Made by a program: the position numbers and the translations under genes | Origin: the human T2T-CHM13v2.0 reference genome, Homo sapiens | NCBI RefSeq assembly: GCF_009914755.1 | Contig: NC_060927.1 | Direction: 5' to 3' (one strand) | DNA length: 64,000 nucleotides | Shown: positions 47,810-64,000 of the stretch, one piece after another | Numbering within the stretch: position 1 is the first letter of the stretch | Layout of the letters: every line of letters begins with the position of its first letter | The notes under the pieces: generated by a model | Seen by the model: the letters and a program-made list of their open reading frames with translations, nothing else | The model's database searches: none | Told to the model about the DNA's origin: nothing

Positions 47810-50800
47810 AGTCTTTATTTTTACTTTTTGAACAGAATTTTTTAAAAACAGTTTTAGAGTGACAGAAAAATTGGGCAGAAAGTACAGAGAATTTTTGTAT
47901 GCTTCCCGCTCCCACACACATAGCATCTTCCTCTATCAATATTTTGCACCAGAGTGACACATTTTTTACAATTAAAAACCTACATTAACACGTCAATGTT
48001 ACTCAAAGTCTATAGCTTACATTAGGGTACACTCTTGGTGTCATACATTCTATGGGTTTTGACAAATGTATAATGGCATGTATCTATAAATAAATTTTTA
48101 TTATCAAAGTATCATAAATAATAACTATGATAAAAATATTTTATCATAAACAAAGTATCATAAATAATAATTTTATTACCCTAAAAATCCTCTGTGCTCT
48201 AGTCATCCCTCCATCCCCACCCAATGCCTGAAAACCATTGATTGTCTTATTGTCCTGCAATTTTTTCTATAATTTTATTGTGGTATAATAAACAACATAA
48301 AATTCACTTTCTTAACAATTTTAAGTTTACAGTTCGGTGGTATTAAATATACTCATAATGTTGTGCAACATTCACCACCGTTCATCTCTATAATTCTTTT
48401 CCTCTTTTAAAACTTAAATTCTGTTATACACACTAAACAATAATTTTCTATGCACTCATCCTGAAGCCCCTCACCAACACTATTCTAATTTCTGTCTCTA
48501 TGATTTTGACTGCTATCAGTATACTTCTTATAAGCAAAACCTATAGTATCATTCTTTATATGACTGGATTATTTCACATAGCAAAATGCCCTTAAGATGT
48601 ATCCAAGTTTTAGCATGTATCAGAATTTTCTCCTTTTTTAAATGCTAAATAACATTCCATTATACCCATACATCACATTTTCTTTGGGTTTAGGTATATC
48701 TCTCATAGACAGACCATGTGTTTTTAACTATTCTGTCAATCTCTGTTTTTACATTCCATTTACATTTAAAGTAATTACTGAAACGAGGAGGGGCTTCTGT
48801 GTTTTTGCTCTTTGTTTTCTATATACGTTATAGCTGTTTTGTTCCTCATTTCCAGAATTATTGTCTTACATTGTGTTTAGCTGATTTCTTACAGCGAAAT
48901 ATTTAAAATCCTTTCTTATTTCCTTTTATGTATATTATATCCCTATTTTCCTTGTGGTTACCATGGGAATTACATTTAACGGCCTAAAGTTATAACACTC
49001 TCATTTTGTTTATGCCTTAAGTAACATATGTTTACTTGTTTATGACTTAAGTAACATAGGAAACCCTTTACCACTTAATGGCCCTGTTGCCACTCCTTTT
49101 GGTTGTTGATGTGACAAAATTACATCTTTATACATCCGGTGCCCCAAAACATAAACTGATAATTCTTTTAAATACATTGGTCTCTTAAAATATGTGGAAA
49201 ACAAAATGTTGTGTTACAAACCAAAGTTACAATTATTCTAGCTTTTAGATTAATAACTGTTTATTTTTAAATGTAGTAGTCTCTTAAATCATGTAGAAAA
49301 CAAAAAGTAAAGTTACAACTTACTGTTGTAAGTAAAGTTACAAATTATTGTTGTTACAATAATACTAGCTTTTGTAATTGCCCATGTATTTACCTTTATA
49401 GAGGTATTTATCTCTTCACATGACTTTGAATTACTGTCTACTCTCCTTTCATTTCACCCTATGGAACCCACTTAAGCATATCTTGCAAAGTAGGTCTAGT
49501 GGAAACAAATTCCCTCAGATTTTATCTGGGAATCTCAGTTTCACCCTCACTTTTGAAGGATGGTTTTGTCAGATTTAGAATTCTTCGCTAACAATTTGAA
49601 AATATTTTTTCAGCACATTAAGTATCTTGGTCCACTAACTTCTGCCCTACAAAGTTTCTGATGAGAAATAAGTGGATAATGTTACTGAGGATTCCTTGTG
49701 TATAAGTCACTTCTCTGTTGCTACTTGAAAGATTTTCTCCTTGTTTTTGGCTTTTAAAAGTTTGATTTTAATGTGTCTATGTGTGGGTCTCTTTATTTTT
49801 ATTCTCTTTGAAGTTTGAGATTCTTGGATACTTACATTCATATGAGAAGTTTTCAGCAATTATTTCTTCAAATAATTTCTCTTTCTGTCTCTCTTGCTCG
49901 CTCACTCACTCTCTCTGTCTTCTGGGACTTCTACAATGCATATGTTAATTTATTTGTTGGTTTCCCAGATATCATTTAGGTTCTGTTCATATTTATTCAA
50001 TATTTTTGTTCCTGTTTTTCAGAATCAATATTTATTGTTGTATCTTCAAGTTTGCTGATTTTTTCTTTTGCTTACACAAATTTGCCTTTGAATCCCTCTG
50101 TAAATTTTCCATTTCAAATACTGTACTTTTCAGCTCCAGAACTTTAGGTTCAGAATTTCTTTTTTTCTATCTCTTTATTGATAATTACATTTTGCTGTTA
50201 GGTAGTTTTCTTGACTTTATCTATATCTTCCTTTAGTTCTATATCTTCCTTAACATCTTTAAGATGGACATTTTGAAGTTTTGTCTATGGATCTGCCATC
50301 AAGTCTTTTTGGGTATAGTGTCGGTTGATTTTTTTTTTCCTTTGAAAGGCCATGCTTTCTTGTTTCTTTGTGTGTTTTGTGTTGTTGTAAAAAATGGATA
50401 CTTGAATCTAATAATGTGGTAACCCTGGTAATCTGACCCTTCCCCCTTCCTCAGAGTTTGTCAGTTTTTGATATTCTTTTTATTTATCGTTTTGCTTTTT
50501 GTATTGTTGTAGGCTATCTCTCATTCTGGGATCAGCCTGAGGTAAAATAATAAATTCTTGTCAAGTCTTTTCTGAATCTATGCCTTTTCCTTAACATGCA
50601 CAGTCACTTTTTAATGTTCCCCAATATATACAATTGCTTTTAAATATATCAGTGTTTAATGCCTGGCTCTCAAAAGAGAAAAAAGAAAAAAAAATTAAAA
50701 AATTAGTTGGAGAAGCACTGGAAAGTCACTTCAGCCAGAGGTAAAGGGGCTTTCAACAATGGCGAGACGTGAAAAATCAATGGCAGCTCGTGGCTTGTCT

Positions 50801-51158
50801 GCACCTCTCTGATAAGAAGCAGCTGTCAGAAGAACAACCCCAAATATCTGGAGGACAGAGTCCTTTGTGCTCACCCTGGCTCCTTACAGTTCTGTCCAGT
50901 CTGCTTCAGGAACATATGCATAGCTGTCTACCACAGCGATGTATGCGGAGAATGGGTAGCAGGTGCTGTACTGAGTGCTAAACTTGATGGAAGTTAACTG
51001 CAATTTTCCATCCCAGCATTCCCCTGGAAGTTGCAAACTTTCAATAGACTCCAGGGTTCCAAAGAGTTACATCAGACAGATTCTGCCAGTGCTATTGTTA
51101 TCTAGGTGGGGAGACAGATTCCTGGTGCTTCCTACGCCACCACTTTTTCAGAATCCTC
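47810..51158 (-). mobile_element. Composite old L1: L1MC/MD 3' end (47810-48265), L1MB 3' end (48270-48680), L1M4/MD-type 5' region (48680-51158)
   Basis: Characteristic 3'UTR motifs; 5' end cctacgccaccactttt at ~51131. Confidence 0.7.
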
Positions 51159-51169
51159 TGGAATGAACT

Positions 51170-52130
51170 CCTTTGCAGAAGCAAAGAAGTTGGTCTTTGT
51201 TGAGACTACAGACAAATAATCCACAATAGTAGTACTGGTTATAGAGTGTATGGGTTACAGTTACTGACAAATTTTGAGAAGTTGTTATTGATGCTAATGG
51301 AGTACTCTTCTACCTGATTCTATTTCCTCAGTAAAATGAGAAGCAGTTTTTTAGCTGAGGATGAGAAGAGGGTTTGAAACAGAAAGAAAAACAGAGATTG
51401 AAAAAGGAGTTGAGGATTTATGCAAATGAGAAATTATATTGTTGAACCTTGGAACAGCAAAAGTCACTAGGATCAATAGATAATAGGTCCTGTGAGGTTG
51501 AAAGATCACTGAAGCTGGATAGATAAGAAACGAAGACTGAAAAATGGAATACTTGAAATTAAGATTATGAAGCAGATGCAGTTATTGACAGTAAAACATC
51601 TAGGTTATGGTCATGAGAGTGGGTGACTAAGACAGCATGGGAGGCAAAATTATGAAAGGACAGAAGGACCAGGAAATGAGACAACAGGATTCTAAAATGG
51701 CTGCACATATTTTTAAAATCACCAAGAATTATAACAGAAGTTGGGGTTGAGAGAGTAACAGTAGGCCCATGTGCTATAACCCTCAACAATGTGGAAGAGA
51801 AAACCCAAGGGGGTGCCACTGAGTAAAACAAGGAAGGGAGGCAGTTGTAGAATGTGATGACATGAGCTACAAAAGGGCATTTGTAGGGAGCTGCAAGAAA
51901 TCATGGCCTGAAAGGAGCATTGAAAAGCAAAGAGACTATATTCCACGTTCAGGACCAGGGAATGGGAGAAAAAAATTCACAACTTAGAGAGGGTCACAGG
52001 CAAAGCCACGTCTTCGGGGAAGAGCTATTATTCAATCACAGCTAAGTCGTTAGAGGGATGTTCAGAAAAACAAACAAACAAAAAACAGAAAATATGAGCT
52101 AACTTATTGGAACTATGAATTCTACAGGGC
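51170..52130 (-). mobile_element. L2 fragment (ORF2 region)
   Basis: Minus-strand ORF 51565-51831 contains VIILGDF and THSHDHNLD (L2 endonuclease-like). Confidence 0.7.
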
Positions 52131-52522
52131 AGAGCAAGAACAGAACAGCTTTAGGAGTCAAGGAGAGTGGGAGGTGGGGTCAGACTGAGGTTGTCAGTGC
52201 CATATGGGGAAAAGGGCCCTGCAACAACTAACATAAACAGAGATGTGGGACATGATTACATGAGCTCTGATAGTCTGTGAGACAGAGTGTGGTAGACTGG
52301 CAAATGTGTGTTGGAGGGGAGGGATGGTGGTGTTACTAGGAGCACACAATGATCTGGACTGTCCTCTTTTCACTCTTCTCTAGGTTTGTGAGGAAGCTTT
52401 GGAAAGGGACAGAATCAGAACTGTGGGCATATCCATACCAGAATATTAGCAGTAAATATCCCGGCATGGTGGCATTATGCATGACACTGATTTTCTCATT
52501 TTTTATTTAGTATTTTTAAGTA

Positions 52523-52851
52523 CAATTGTCCTGCTGTGTCAGTAGTGGGTTCTTCATCCATGGATTCAACCAACCGTGAATAGAAAACATTCGGAAAAAT
52601 AATGCCACTGTACTGAACACGTACCACACTTTTAAAATTCCTGTAATTTTCTAACCAATACAGTGTAACAACTATTTACATAAAATCTACATTGTATCAG
52701 GCGTTATAAGTAATCTAGAGAAGACTTAAAGTATATGGAAGATTGTTTGTAGTTTATATGCAAATACTACGCTCTTTTATGTAAGGGACTTGAACATCCA
52801 TGGACTCTGGTATCTGTGGGGGTCCTGGAATCAATCCCTCACAGATATCTG
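52523..52851. mobile_element. MER2 (TcMar-Tigger)
   Basis: ggattcaaccaacc..ataagtaatctagag..gggggtcctggaatcaatccc; TA flanks. Confidence 0.85.
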
Positions 52852-52877
52852 TATTTATTTTAAGTGAATGTGTATTA

Positions 52878-52982
52878 TGGAATATAAATATAAATATATG
52901 TATATGCACACACACACATATATATACACAATATATACACACATATATATACACAATATAAGTGTATATATATGTGTGTGTG
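52878..52982 (+). repeat. (TA)n/(CA)n/(TG)n low-complexity tract
   Basis: Direct observation. Confidence 0.85.
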
Positions 52983-54275
52983 TTGTCATTTTTCAACTTA
53001 AGTTTAAAAAATTGCCTAGAAGGGATAAAACAAAAATAGAGCTCCAGATATCTAATGTTCTTTTCAGAAAGAAATCTTTATATCTCTGTTTTACTTCAGC
53101 TGTATTTTTTAAACTACTTGGCTAAAGTAAACCCACGTTCATAGAGAAAATCACTATTATTTTGCATAAAGTTGTGAAGTCTAAGGCTGAATAGAGTCTA
53201 ACAATCATATTTATTGATGTGTCTGTTGTTAAACACTGAGCAGATGTCTCCATTAGAGCCTCTATAATGATGTCTAGATCATTTTAGGGAGATTTTTACT
53301 AATTTCAAGCTACATAGTGATTCCTTCCACATCAAATTTTTACTTCTTAGATATTTCTTGTATTTCTTATCCCCTAATATGGAGACTATTAGGCTCTCAT
53401 TATTTCTTTCCCACTCCTCAGGGTTATCAGGAGGATTATAAGCATGAGCTCTGGAATTAGACTTCTAGTGTTTGAATCCCATTGATGTCTAAAAGATATG
53501 GCCTTTGCCCTCATAATTTGCAATGTAATCATTGAAGAGAGGCAGGTACATCAGTTTCTACAACACAATGTAGACAGAAGTAAGTATAAAAATAATATTG
53601 GCTGAATTGGTAGAAAATATCATGGAGGGAATGGCTTTTGAGTGGGGATTGAATAAACAGAGTGTTTTAGGAATAAAAATGGTGTTAGGAAGAAAAGTTC
53701 AAGCAAAGAATAATTTTAGTGAAGGTATAAAAATGATGAACTGCTCTCATCTTCAGGGGAGGGTCTAGAAGGATGGGAGTAAATATTGAGTAGGGGAAAA
53801 TTGAGAGATGTGGTTAAAAATACCTTGTTTGGACATGAATACTAGCCTAATAATTCTGATTTGCTTTACTATCCATTTGACTTTATGGATCATTAAAAAA
53901 TTTTAGTATAAATGCTGATCGCTGGTATATATCTCTCTAAGCTTGTTTCTGCACATGAGAGCAATCAGGAAAACATTTTCAATCAATCACTTATTTTACT
54001 AGCTGGTGCCAGGCAAATGGCTTTCCTGATTTTTTTTCAATCTTTAAAATTGACTTAACGACTATTTTTTTAAGTTAATTGGGTGGTTCAGGGTAAGTTT
54101 AAATGCAAACAAAACACTTAGCATAGGAGAGCGAGTGCGTAAATTCACAGTGGGAGCAAACATCAGGGCAACAAAAAAATTAGAGCCATTTTTGAGTCAT
54201 TGACCACCCACATTTGAGAGTTTTTTCCTGGATGAACATTCCTTCTGCCTTTGGAAATAAATTAATGTTTTAGAG

Positions 54276-54495
54276 CAGGGGTTAGCACACTTTTTCCATA
54301 GAGAACCAGATAGTAAATATTTTGGGCCTTGCTGGATAAATAGTCTCTGTCACAGGACTTGTCTCTACTTTTATAGGGTGAAAACACCTGTAGACAATGT
54401 GTAAATGAGTGGGCATGGTTGTCTTCCATCTAAACATTATTTACATAGTGGGTAGTAGATCATATCTGAGCCACAGTCATAGCTGGCTGACCCTG
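54276..54495 (+). mobile_element. MER58A (hAT-Charlie)
   Basis: cagggg..ccctg TIRs; 8-bp TSD ttttagag/tcttagaa. Confidence 0.85.
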
Positions 54496-54910
54496 TCTTA
54501 GAAAATTATTGGGAACAGGTGTGTAAAAAGTTGAAGTAAACAAATGCAATATTAAGATACTATCACATAATGATGAATGTTCACCAAATGTTTTCTTTGA
54601 ATATCAATGCAAACCTGGCCTGACTTTGATAGTGATACTTCCAACTAAGGGCGGAATCCATAGTCAGCAAAAATTATTATTTTTTGTATGTCTTTTGCTG
54701 TTACAGAGCAGAGGAAACAATTAATTCAACTTAGATTAAAGAAAGGCATAGTTTAATAATAAATAGACCTCACAGAAACACAAGCCCAGAAACTAACATA
54801 GAGCTGGGTATCATGAGATATAAAAATGGGAGTAAAAATTTAGGACAGTACCAGGTACTTATTTCAGCCCATGGGCAATCTTATTTTTCTTTTAGAAAAA
54901 AATCTTTTAA

Positions 54911-55190
54911 GGCTGGGTAGTTGGCTTATGTCTATAATCCCAAGGCGGGAGGATTGCTTGAACCCAGTGGTTATCAGCCTGGGCAACATGGTGAGACCTT
55001 GTCTCCACAAAAATATAAAAAATTAGCTGCGTGTGGTGGTGCATGCCTGCAGTTCCAGCTACTGGGAAGACTGAGGTGGGAGGATTGCTTGAGCTTGGGA
55101 GTCAAGGCTGCAATGAGCCATGATCGCACCACTGCACTCCAGCCTAGGCAACAGAGTGAGACCCTGTCTCAAAACAAAACAAAACAAAAA
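54911..55190 (+). mobile_element. AluJ with (CAAAA)n tail and small left-arm deletions
   Basis: AluJ diagnostics; aatccc|aaggcggg deletion. Confidence 0.9.
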
Positions 55191-55194
55191 GAAA

Positions 55195-55610
55195 AACCCT
55201 GTAAGATTAATGTTGATATTATCCCCATCTTACAAATAAGAAAACTGAGTCACAGACCACTGCTAAAGAAGTTTCTCTTGGCCACAGCTTAGAAAATATT
55301 AGAGCCAGATTTTTTATCCAGCCAGTTCACCTCAGGAGCCAGTAATCTTAGACGTTGACCAACTGGTTTAAGTCAATTTGCTCTTTGAAGTTTGAGCTAA
55401 ACTGTGAAAACAACTAGGATTTATCTAATCATAGTAGCTAACATCTGTGAATCAATATATGCCAGGGCTTTATACAAATCAGCTCCTTTAATCTTCACAA
55501 CCCTACTTAATGGACGAAAAAAAGAGACACTGTCACCGAAAGTGATATAAATGCAATTGGTAGAGCCAGGACTCTATCCTGGTGAGTCTGCCCTTAGAGA
55601 GTATAAACTT
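55195..55610 (-). mobile_element. Two MIR fragments
   Basis: attatccccatcttacaaataagaaaactgag; tttaatcttcacaacccta..tagagccagga. Confidence 0.65.
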
Positions 55611-58600
55611 AATCTTTAGGGCAAGCAAAATAATGTTAAAAAACATAATATATGATGTGCAGAGACCAGGCTGCTGAAATCAGCAAGAGACTGATTTGCT
55701 AGGCAAGGTGGTTCCCAGATTATGGAACCAGTGAAGGAGGATAATTTTTTAATATAGGAAGCAACTGAGAACCACTGTAGAGTTGTCAGTCAGGAAGGTT
55801 TGCTTGATAGCAGTAAACACTGGAGACTGTAAGGGAGTTTGAAAAATGAGGGATCCAAAAGCAATCATGAGTTTTGTGTTATCCTGCAGAAGAGTGAGAG
55901 TAGTAAGAAACTGAGAAGAGAGAATTACTTGGAGACATATTTCAAAGGAAAATATTATTTGACACTGACAGGTCACAGAAGATAAAGCAAAAAATAGTCA
56001 AGATTAATTCACATGCTTAGCCTGGGATACCCTGACAAATGATGTTATCACAGACAAACTGAATAAGTTTAGTTAAAGAAGCCAGTTTGAATTAAAAGTA
56101 AGTTTGGTTAAATTCACTCGTAAATTTAAAGAGATATGCCATTTTGGCAATTACAAATCTAGAGATGGAGTACAGTTCATAGAGCATAAAGAGTGAGAAA
56201 AGCCATTCAGTTTAGAGGTGAGAACACCATCAGTTACGTATGTCTACAAGAGTAAATTCAACAGAGTGGTGTGAATTGAAGGTCATTTGGTGGGGATGAA
56301 ATAGGTTAACAATTTGAAACCATAACATAATGAGTTTGCATGGAGTAATAATGCTCATGTTAGATTTCAAGGAATTAATAAAAACGGCAAATGGAAATAC
56401 AGTTAGCAGGAACCTAGATCATGTAGCACACATTTCAGAACACTGTCCATAACAGAAGGAAACTGCAGTGGTGACTCTAGGACAAATAGGTAGTTTTCCT
56501 TTCTTTTTTAAAGTTGGTGAAGACCTAGTTTTTCCTTATTGTATATTTAGTTTTCCTCCTATAGCTCCAAGGTAAAATATATAAGTGCTATTTGTTTCCT
56601 AGCAATATTTTTCCCAGAAGCAGAATGATAAGTTGTAGAAGAGATATATTTTAATTATTTATTGAAAATGTAAACTGCTTCAAGCAATATAACACCATAA
56701 ATAAAAATGGCTAATTTTGAAAGCATGAGAGTGTACACAAGTCTGATAATTTCAATTCTCCATCAACTCAAAGAGGCATCATGGGAGCATTTTATATAAT
56801 CTTCACTCTCCTTGTCACAAATTCACCCTGAGGGAAACTAATCTTGATGGAGAAGTCTGACTGTCTTGGGTAGGGAAAAATGCATATGTGAGTATTCTCA
56901 TGATGAAATTTAAACTATGATTTTGGTGAAATATTTGAAATGTAACTAAAAATATAGCTTTCTCCAAATTGCTACAATATAGTTTTTAATTATGTTATCT
57001 TTCTCCTTTTTTAAATCTGTGGATCTATTTTCAAGCTATTCCAATAGCTAACATTTTCATTTTTACCCCCTACTCATAAGGTACCACTGTTTGCCGATTA
57101 TCATGTAAGATTTAATTTTATTGATCATTGCTTATAATGTGTGCCTAGAGACAGAGAACAAGCTTCCCTATCCAATTTCTATTTTCCCTTCAGGTTAATA
57201 GGTTTCCCTTTCCCAATCATTGAGTATTGCACATAAGAACAAGGAGAAAAATGTTTGTTGAGGTATATTTAGAAAAGAAAAAGAAGGAAAATCCTCATTT
57301 AGTAGTGATCTTGTGTTTTTCTCTAGTTCATTAGAAAATCAGCCAATGTATGAAGACTAAGCTTTAATTAATGAAGTTGTCCTATATTATAAGAGGGTTC
57401 CAGGATGTATCTTACATGCAAATGTTTTCATCTTTTTAAGGTAATTCTATTAATATACCTGCTGTGCCCTAAGGGTCCTAGTCTGAGTACATTTATCCCT
57501 TTAGCAAGATTTGGGGGTGGAGGCCATTTGTATTCTCTTCTATTCATGTTGGACTTTAGTTGGTGATTAGACACAGTAGACAATGTCATGTAGGGTTAGA
57601 TATTCATGTATGGCTTAGATGCAGGTAGATTTTACCTCCACAATCATATGAACATTGAGTGTGTCTCATTGGATTTCTGTAAGAATGACATGAAGTGAAG
57701 AATTTAAACTTCTTGACAAATTACATGACACAGAAACCACTCCATAAGTGTTAGATAATCTTTTGTACGTGAATGGGAAATAATAATATATATTCATATT
57801 TTCATGTTTTGGCCTAAAGGAAATCTAGATATTAAATACTAGATCCTGGTGGGAAGATTATTTTTTTTTCAGGGTGGAAACTGAGCAGATGGAGGACAAG
57901 GATGGGGAAGATTTTTCTATACTTTTGTTATGTTTTTGGACTTTAATCCGTATGACTGTATTATATATTTGAAAAGGCAAATATAAAAGTCATCTGAGCT
58001 TTTTGTCATCATAATGGTATCCTTTCTGACAATCGTTGCTTTTAATCCTAAAATGTCTCATCAAGTGCCTTTGTCTCACAATTTATCTGTAGAACATATA
58101 TGCTTGTGTGTGGAATGAGGGCTACTCAGACTGTGAACTCAGAACAGGCAAAATGTAAATGCTCATTTAATTGCTGTTTTGTAGATCTAACCAATTTCTA
58201 TGACTGTGTGAAAGTGGTTAATGAGGTTTTTCTTTCTCTTTATCAGATGATAGTCCACCTTCTAAGATAAACCTTCTCTGTGTTGAAGTCAGGCTTAGAT
58301 AAGGAATAAGTTATTAATAATCATGAAATCTAATAATTAATAGCTTTATTAGAAGACTAGGGAGAACTGATTTACTACTAATAGTAATTATTCTTAATTA
58401 CAGCTAACCTTTGTTGGAGTGTACAGTGCAAAGCACTTTAAATGTATTATTTGATTTCCCTAGCAACCCTATGTGGTACATGGTAGACGGTAGATGCTAG
58501 ATTAATAAAATGACAAATAACCACTTGGAAAATTTGTCTAAAATCATGTGGCTGGTAAATGGTCTCAGACCCAAGCCTTTTTAATGCCAAAACTTTTTAA

Positions 58601-59390
58601 TCCCTATGCTCTAGACCATCACACTGCTGTATGTAAGCAGCTTTCAATTATGTAGTTTAAGAAATTTTTATTTAGCAACTATTTCTGGAGTAATTAGTGA
58701 TTGTTCCATTTTGTAGGGAACTGGGGTTGCCAAGTCGACAGATATTGGGCTCATAATTCATATCATGCATTGACAGCATGTATGCAATTAACCATCTCAA
58801 GTGGTAGCACTGTCACGACAAACTGCCTGTTCAGTCTCATGCATTTCTGTAGTATTGTAATCCAAAGATAGTGGGGTCTCATAGAATAAAATCAAATATA
58901 TTATCCATGATCTGAACTATCAGATATTATCCATATCTGAACAATCCATGAAAACATTTATTGTTTTCCTCAATATCACTCAAAATAGATTTTAGCCCTC
59001 TTATAAAGAGTTTAAACAGCAATGATAACAGTAACAAAAATGGCTTTTTATTTTCTGGCTAAATTATACTTTACCTATATTCATGGTTGTTTACAATTAA
59101 AAATGATCATTCTCAATAGAATGCATACACATGGTCAAAAGCTGTATCCACATATTACCAAAAGAAACTGGTGATTTTATTTTTTAAAAAAGTAACATTC
59201 AAAGTCGTTTTGTTACAGGAAGAAAAAAATGTCTATGAAAGCTGGATATTTTACTTTTCATTTATTTTTGTTGTATCATGTGAAGAGAGCTGGAGATTCT
59301 CTGTTTCATAATTTTAATATATGGATTAAATTGGATTATTCAGAAAAATTCTACTTATGACACTTCTCTGTACTGTTTTATTACTTGCAG

Positions 59391-59437
59391 CTACGTAACT
59401 CTAATCCTAATAGAACCCCTGTTATTCATGACGCTAT
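59391..59437 (+). pseudogene. Candidate exon (47 nt, open): LRNSNPNRTPVIHDA(M)
   Basis: Acceptor gttttattacttgcag, donor TAT|gtaagc, phase 0->2. Confidence 0.65.
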
Positions 59438-59727
59438 GTAAGCTTTGTTGCATTATTCATGTTTACTTTATTTAAATTTGTGTCTGTGAACTGTTTGATT
59501 TGTGAGGCTCTCAGGAAACTGTCATCAACAGAAATGACAAGACCAAGCTTGTAAATTACATTTTTTATATGTGCTAAAGTCTAGACTTCTATGTTTTGCT
59601 AAAGAAATCACCCTATTAAAAATAATAACATGTATCCTTAAAGCAGAGTGTCTATGATTTATAGGAGCAATAGGCTTGCTCGGAAGTGGGGTGCCTGCAG
59701 TATCTTTACCCTGTTTACTTGTTCCAG

Positions 59728-59812
59728 GTGCCTATTGACTTCTCACATTGTTGCCACTATAACGCGGATACAAGCTGAAACTCACAATTGTTATGTTTTG
59801 AAACTTGCTAAG
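59728..59812 (+). pseudogene. Candidate exon (85 nt, open): CLLTSHIVATITRIQAETHNCYVLKLAK
   Basis: Acceptor ctgtttacttgttccag, donor AAG|gtaatg, phase 2->0; lies inside ORF 59648-60019. Confidence 0.7.
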
Positions 59813-60084
59813 GTAATGTTTTTCTCTTGCCCTAAATATTTGAAGATATATTTGAATAGATCAGTGTCTTTTCACCCATTTTTAAAGCACACATTGTCTT
59901 GTGCTTCTCTTTTTAATAGGATGGAGATGAGTGAGACTTGTTTTCCCATTTTTGACATGCTTGAGCAAGAAAACAAAGCTTTCCACCATCCCCCAAATGG
60001 AAAAACTGCACTATGCTAGATGGGTTTTGAAAAATAAAAACACAAATCAAAACCTTCTAACAGCACATCTGTTCTTCTTTACAG

Positions 60085-60120
60085 GAATTAGACGATATAA
60101 GCTGCAGCTCAGAATCAGAG
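60085..60120 (+). pseudogene. Candidate exon (36 nt, open): ELDDISCSSESE
   Basis: ctaac branch point, tgttcttctttacag acceptor, GAG|gtaagc donor, phase 0-0. Confidence 0.7.
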
Positions 60121-61624
60121 GTAAGCATTACATTTAATCTGTCATGCCTGCAGGTTTTTATGAAGTTCAAACATTTTAAAAGGTTCAGCTTGATAAAACT
60201 CCCTCATTATGTTTCTTGAGGTTAGTCCTGTCATCTTTGTCCAGTGTCTCACTAACAACATTTCCAGTTCAGTAAGAGCAGACATTGCTCATTGCATTTT
60301 ATTTGATCTCAGGCTATTTAATACTATAAGATGTTGTGTGCACACCATTCCTTTGGGATTTTAAACCATTAGGTTAAAGGTACATCCAATTATGTGATAT
60401 CTTTAAGCAACTTGAAGGTGCAGTTTTATATATAGAAATTTACCACTGAACGATACTGAAATGAAGTTAAGGTTGTGAAACACACTGACAAAAGATAGGG
60501 AATCCAAAGTTAGGAATGACATTTTGTCCTTCCCTTGTGCTATACTGAAAATGAAGGAAGTTGAGTTGAGTACAAGATAAACTCAAGGACACTGAGGATT
60601 TTACTTTTTAAAATGTCCTTATAGATGCATCATACACAAGGTAACAATAATAGCTGTACTTATGGAATAGCCGGGAGTTTAAAACACCCTTTCACTGATA
60701 CGATTGTACTGGAACCTTAAAACAGTCCTATTCACATAAGAAATCGGTGATTTTAGTCTGTTTTCCCCAATGAGAACACAGAGAATCTACAAGTAATTAT
60801 AATTTTTTTTTTACAATTGCAAAAGCAGTAAGAAATGTAGCAGCATGTCAGAGCCTGTTCTTCAGACATCAAGGTTGGTACTGTCTGTACTACACAGTCT
60901 CACTGCTGCCTATAAGTATATATGCGTGCACCTATCAACACACTTATGTACAAACACACATACCAGTGGATAGTGAGAGGAAGAACAAAAGAACCAGAGA
61001 CCAAGTAATATGTATTTGCTGGATAAATTAAGCTGTTCTCTCTTTCATGCAATTCAATTCAAACTGCTTTAAACATTAAAAGAAATGTATTGGCTGATGA
61101 AAACATAAAAGTCCAGAGTCACTGTTCTTGTGAGTTTCCTAGATTTGTCCTCAAGTGTGCCAGATTTACTGTGGGCATGCCTTGTGCTTGCAAAAGGTCA
61201 ATGGCAGTTTCGGGAAATCTGTGACCCAGAGTTCACAGCATAAATCCTGAGTTTCCAATAGGTTGAAATAGCCATGAAACCATCCTGTAGCCAAGCGTAA
61301 AGCACATAGACTTGGATTAGCTTCAGTGGTCATCATGGTAAGGGGGAATGGAATATCCTGTTTGCATTGAACAGATATACTTCCCCATTATAGAGAAATT
61401 GTCTATCTCATATGACTACAAGGATGTTCTGCAATGGGGAATAGTATATTAATTCTATGCACACAACCTCAATATGTACTATAACTCTGTTTTAGTATGT
61501 AACTACTCTGTGCTAGGTATGTAGAATTCTCATTATTTGACTTTAGGTATAAAGGGATACATAAGTGTACTCCTAAATATGTGTAAGATCATACTTATGT
61601 TCTGATAAATAAATCCATCAATTC

Positions 61625-64000
<2,376 letters not shown>

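Overview
AT-rich primate (human/great-ape-like) genomic DNA with no CpG island and no intact protein-coding gene. Roughly half or more is interspersed repeat: nested LINE-1s (a near full-length L1PB carrying a twin-primed L1PA2, plus L1PA7-like, L1MA, L1MB-MD copies), about ten Alus, THE1/MLT1 LTRs, MER DNA transposons, MIR and L2. Almost every ORF in the supplied track is repeat-derived or spurious. The main result is a chain of about ten short, splice-site-bounded, phase-compatible + strand exons in the unique DNA (14609-60120). Their conceptual translation aligns by eye, colinearly, to the ubiquitin-like domain and scaffold/dimerisation domain of IKKalpha/IKKbeta (CHUK/IKBKB), but at low identity, with its own intron positions, and with stops and frameshifts. 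I read this as a decayed, intron-containing, highly divergent IKK-family kinase gene (candidate unitary pseudogene). The family assignment uses IKK sequences recalled from memory and needs an HMM/BLAST test. Repeat subfamily calls are also by eye.
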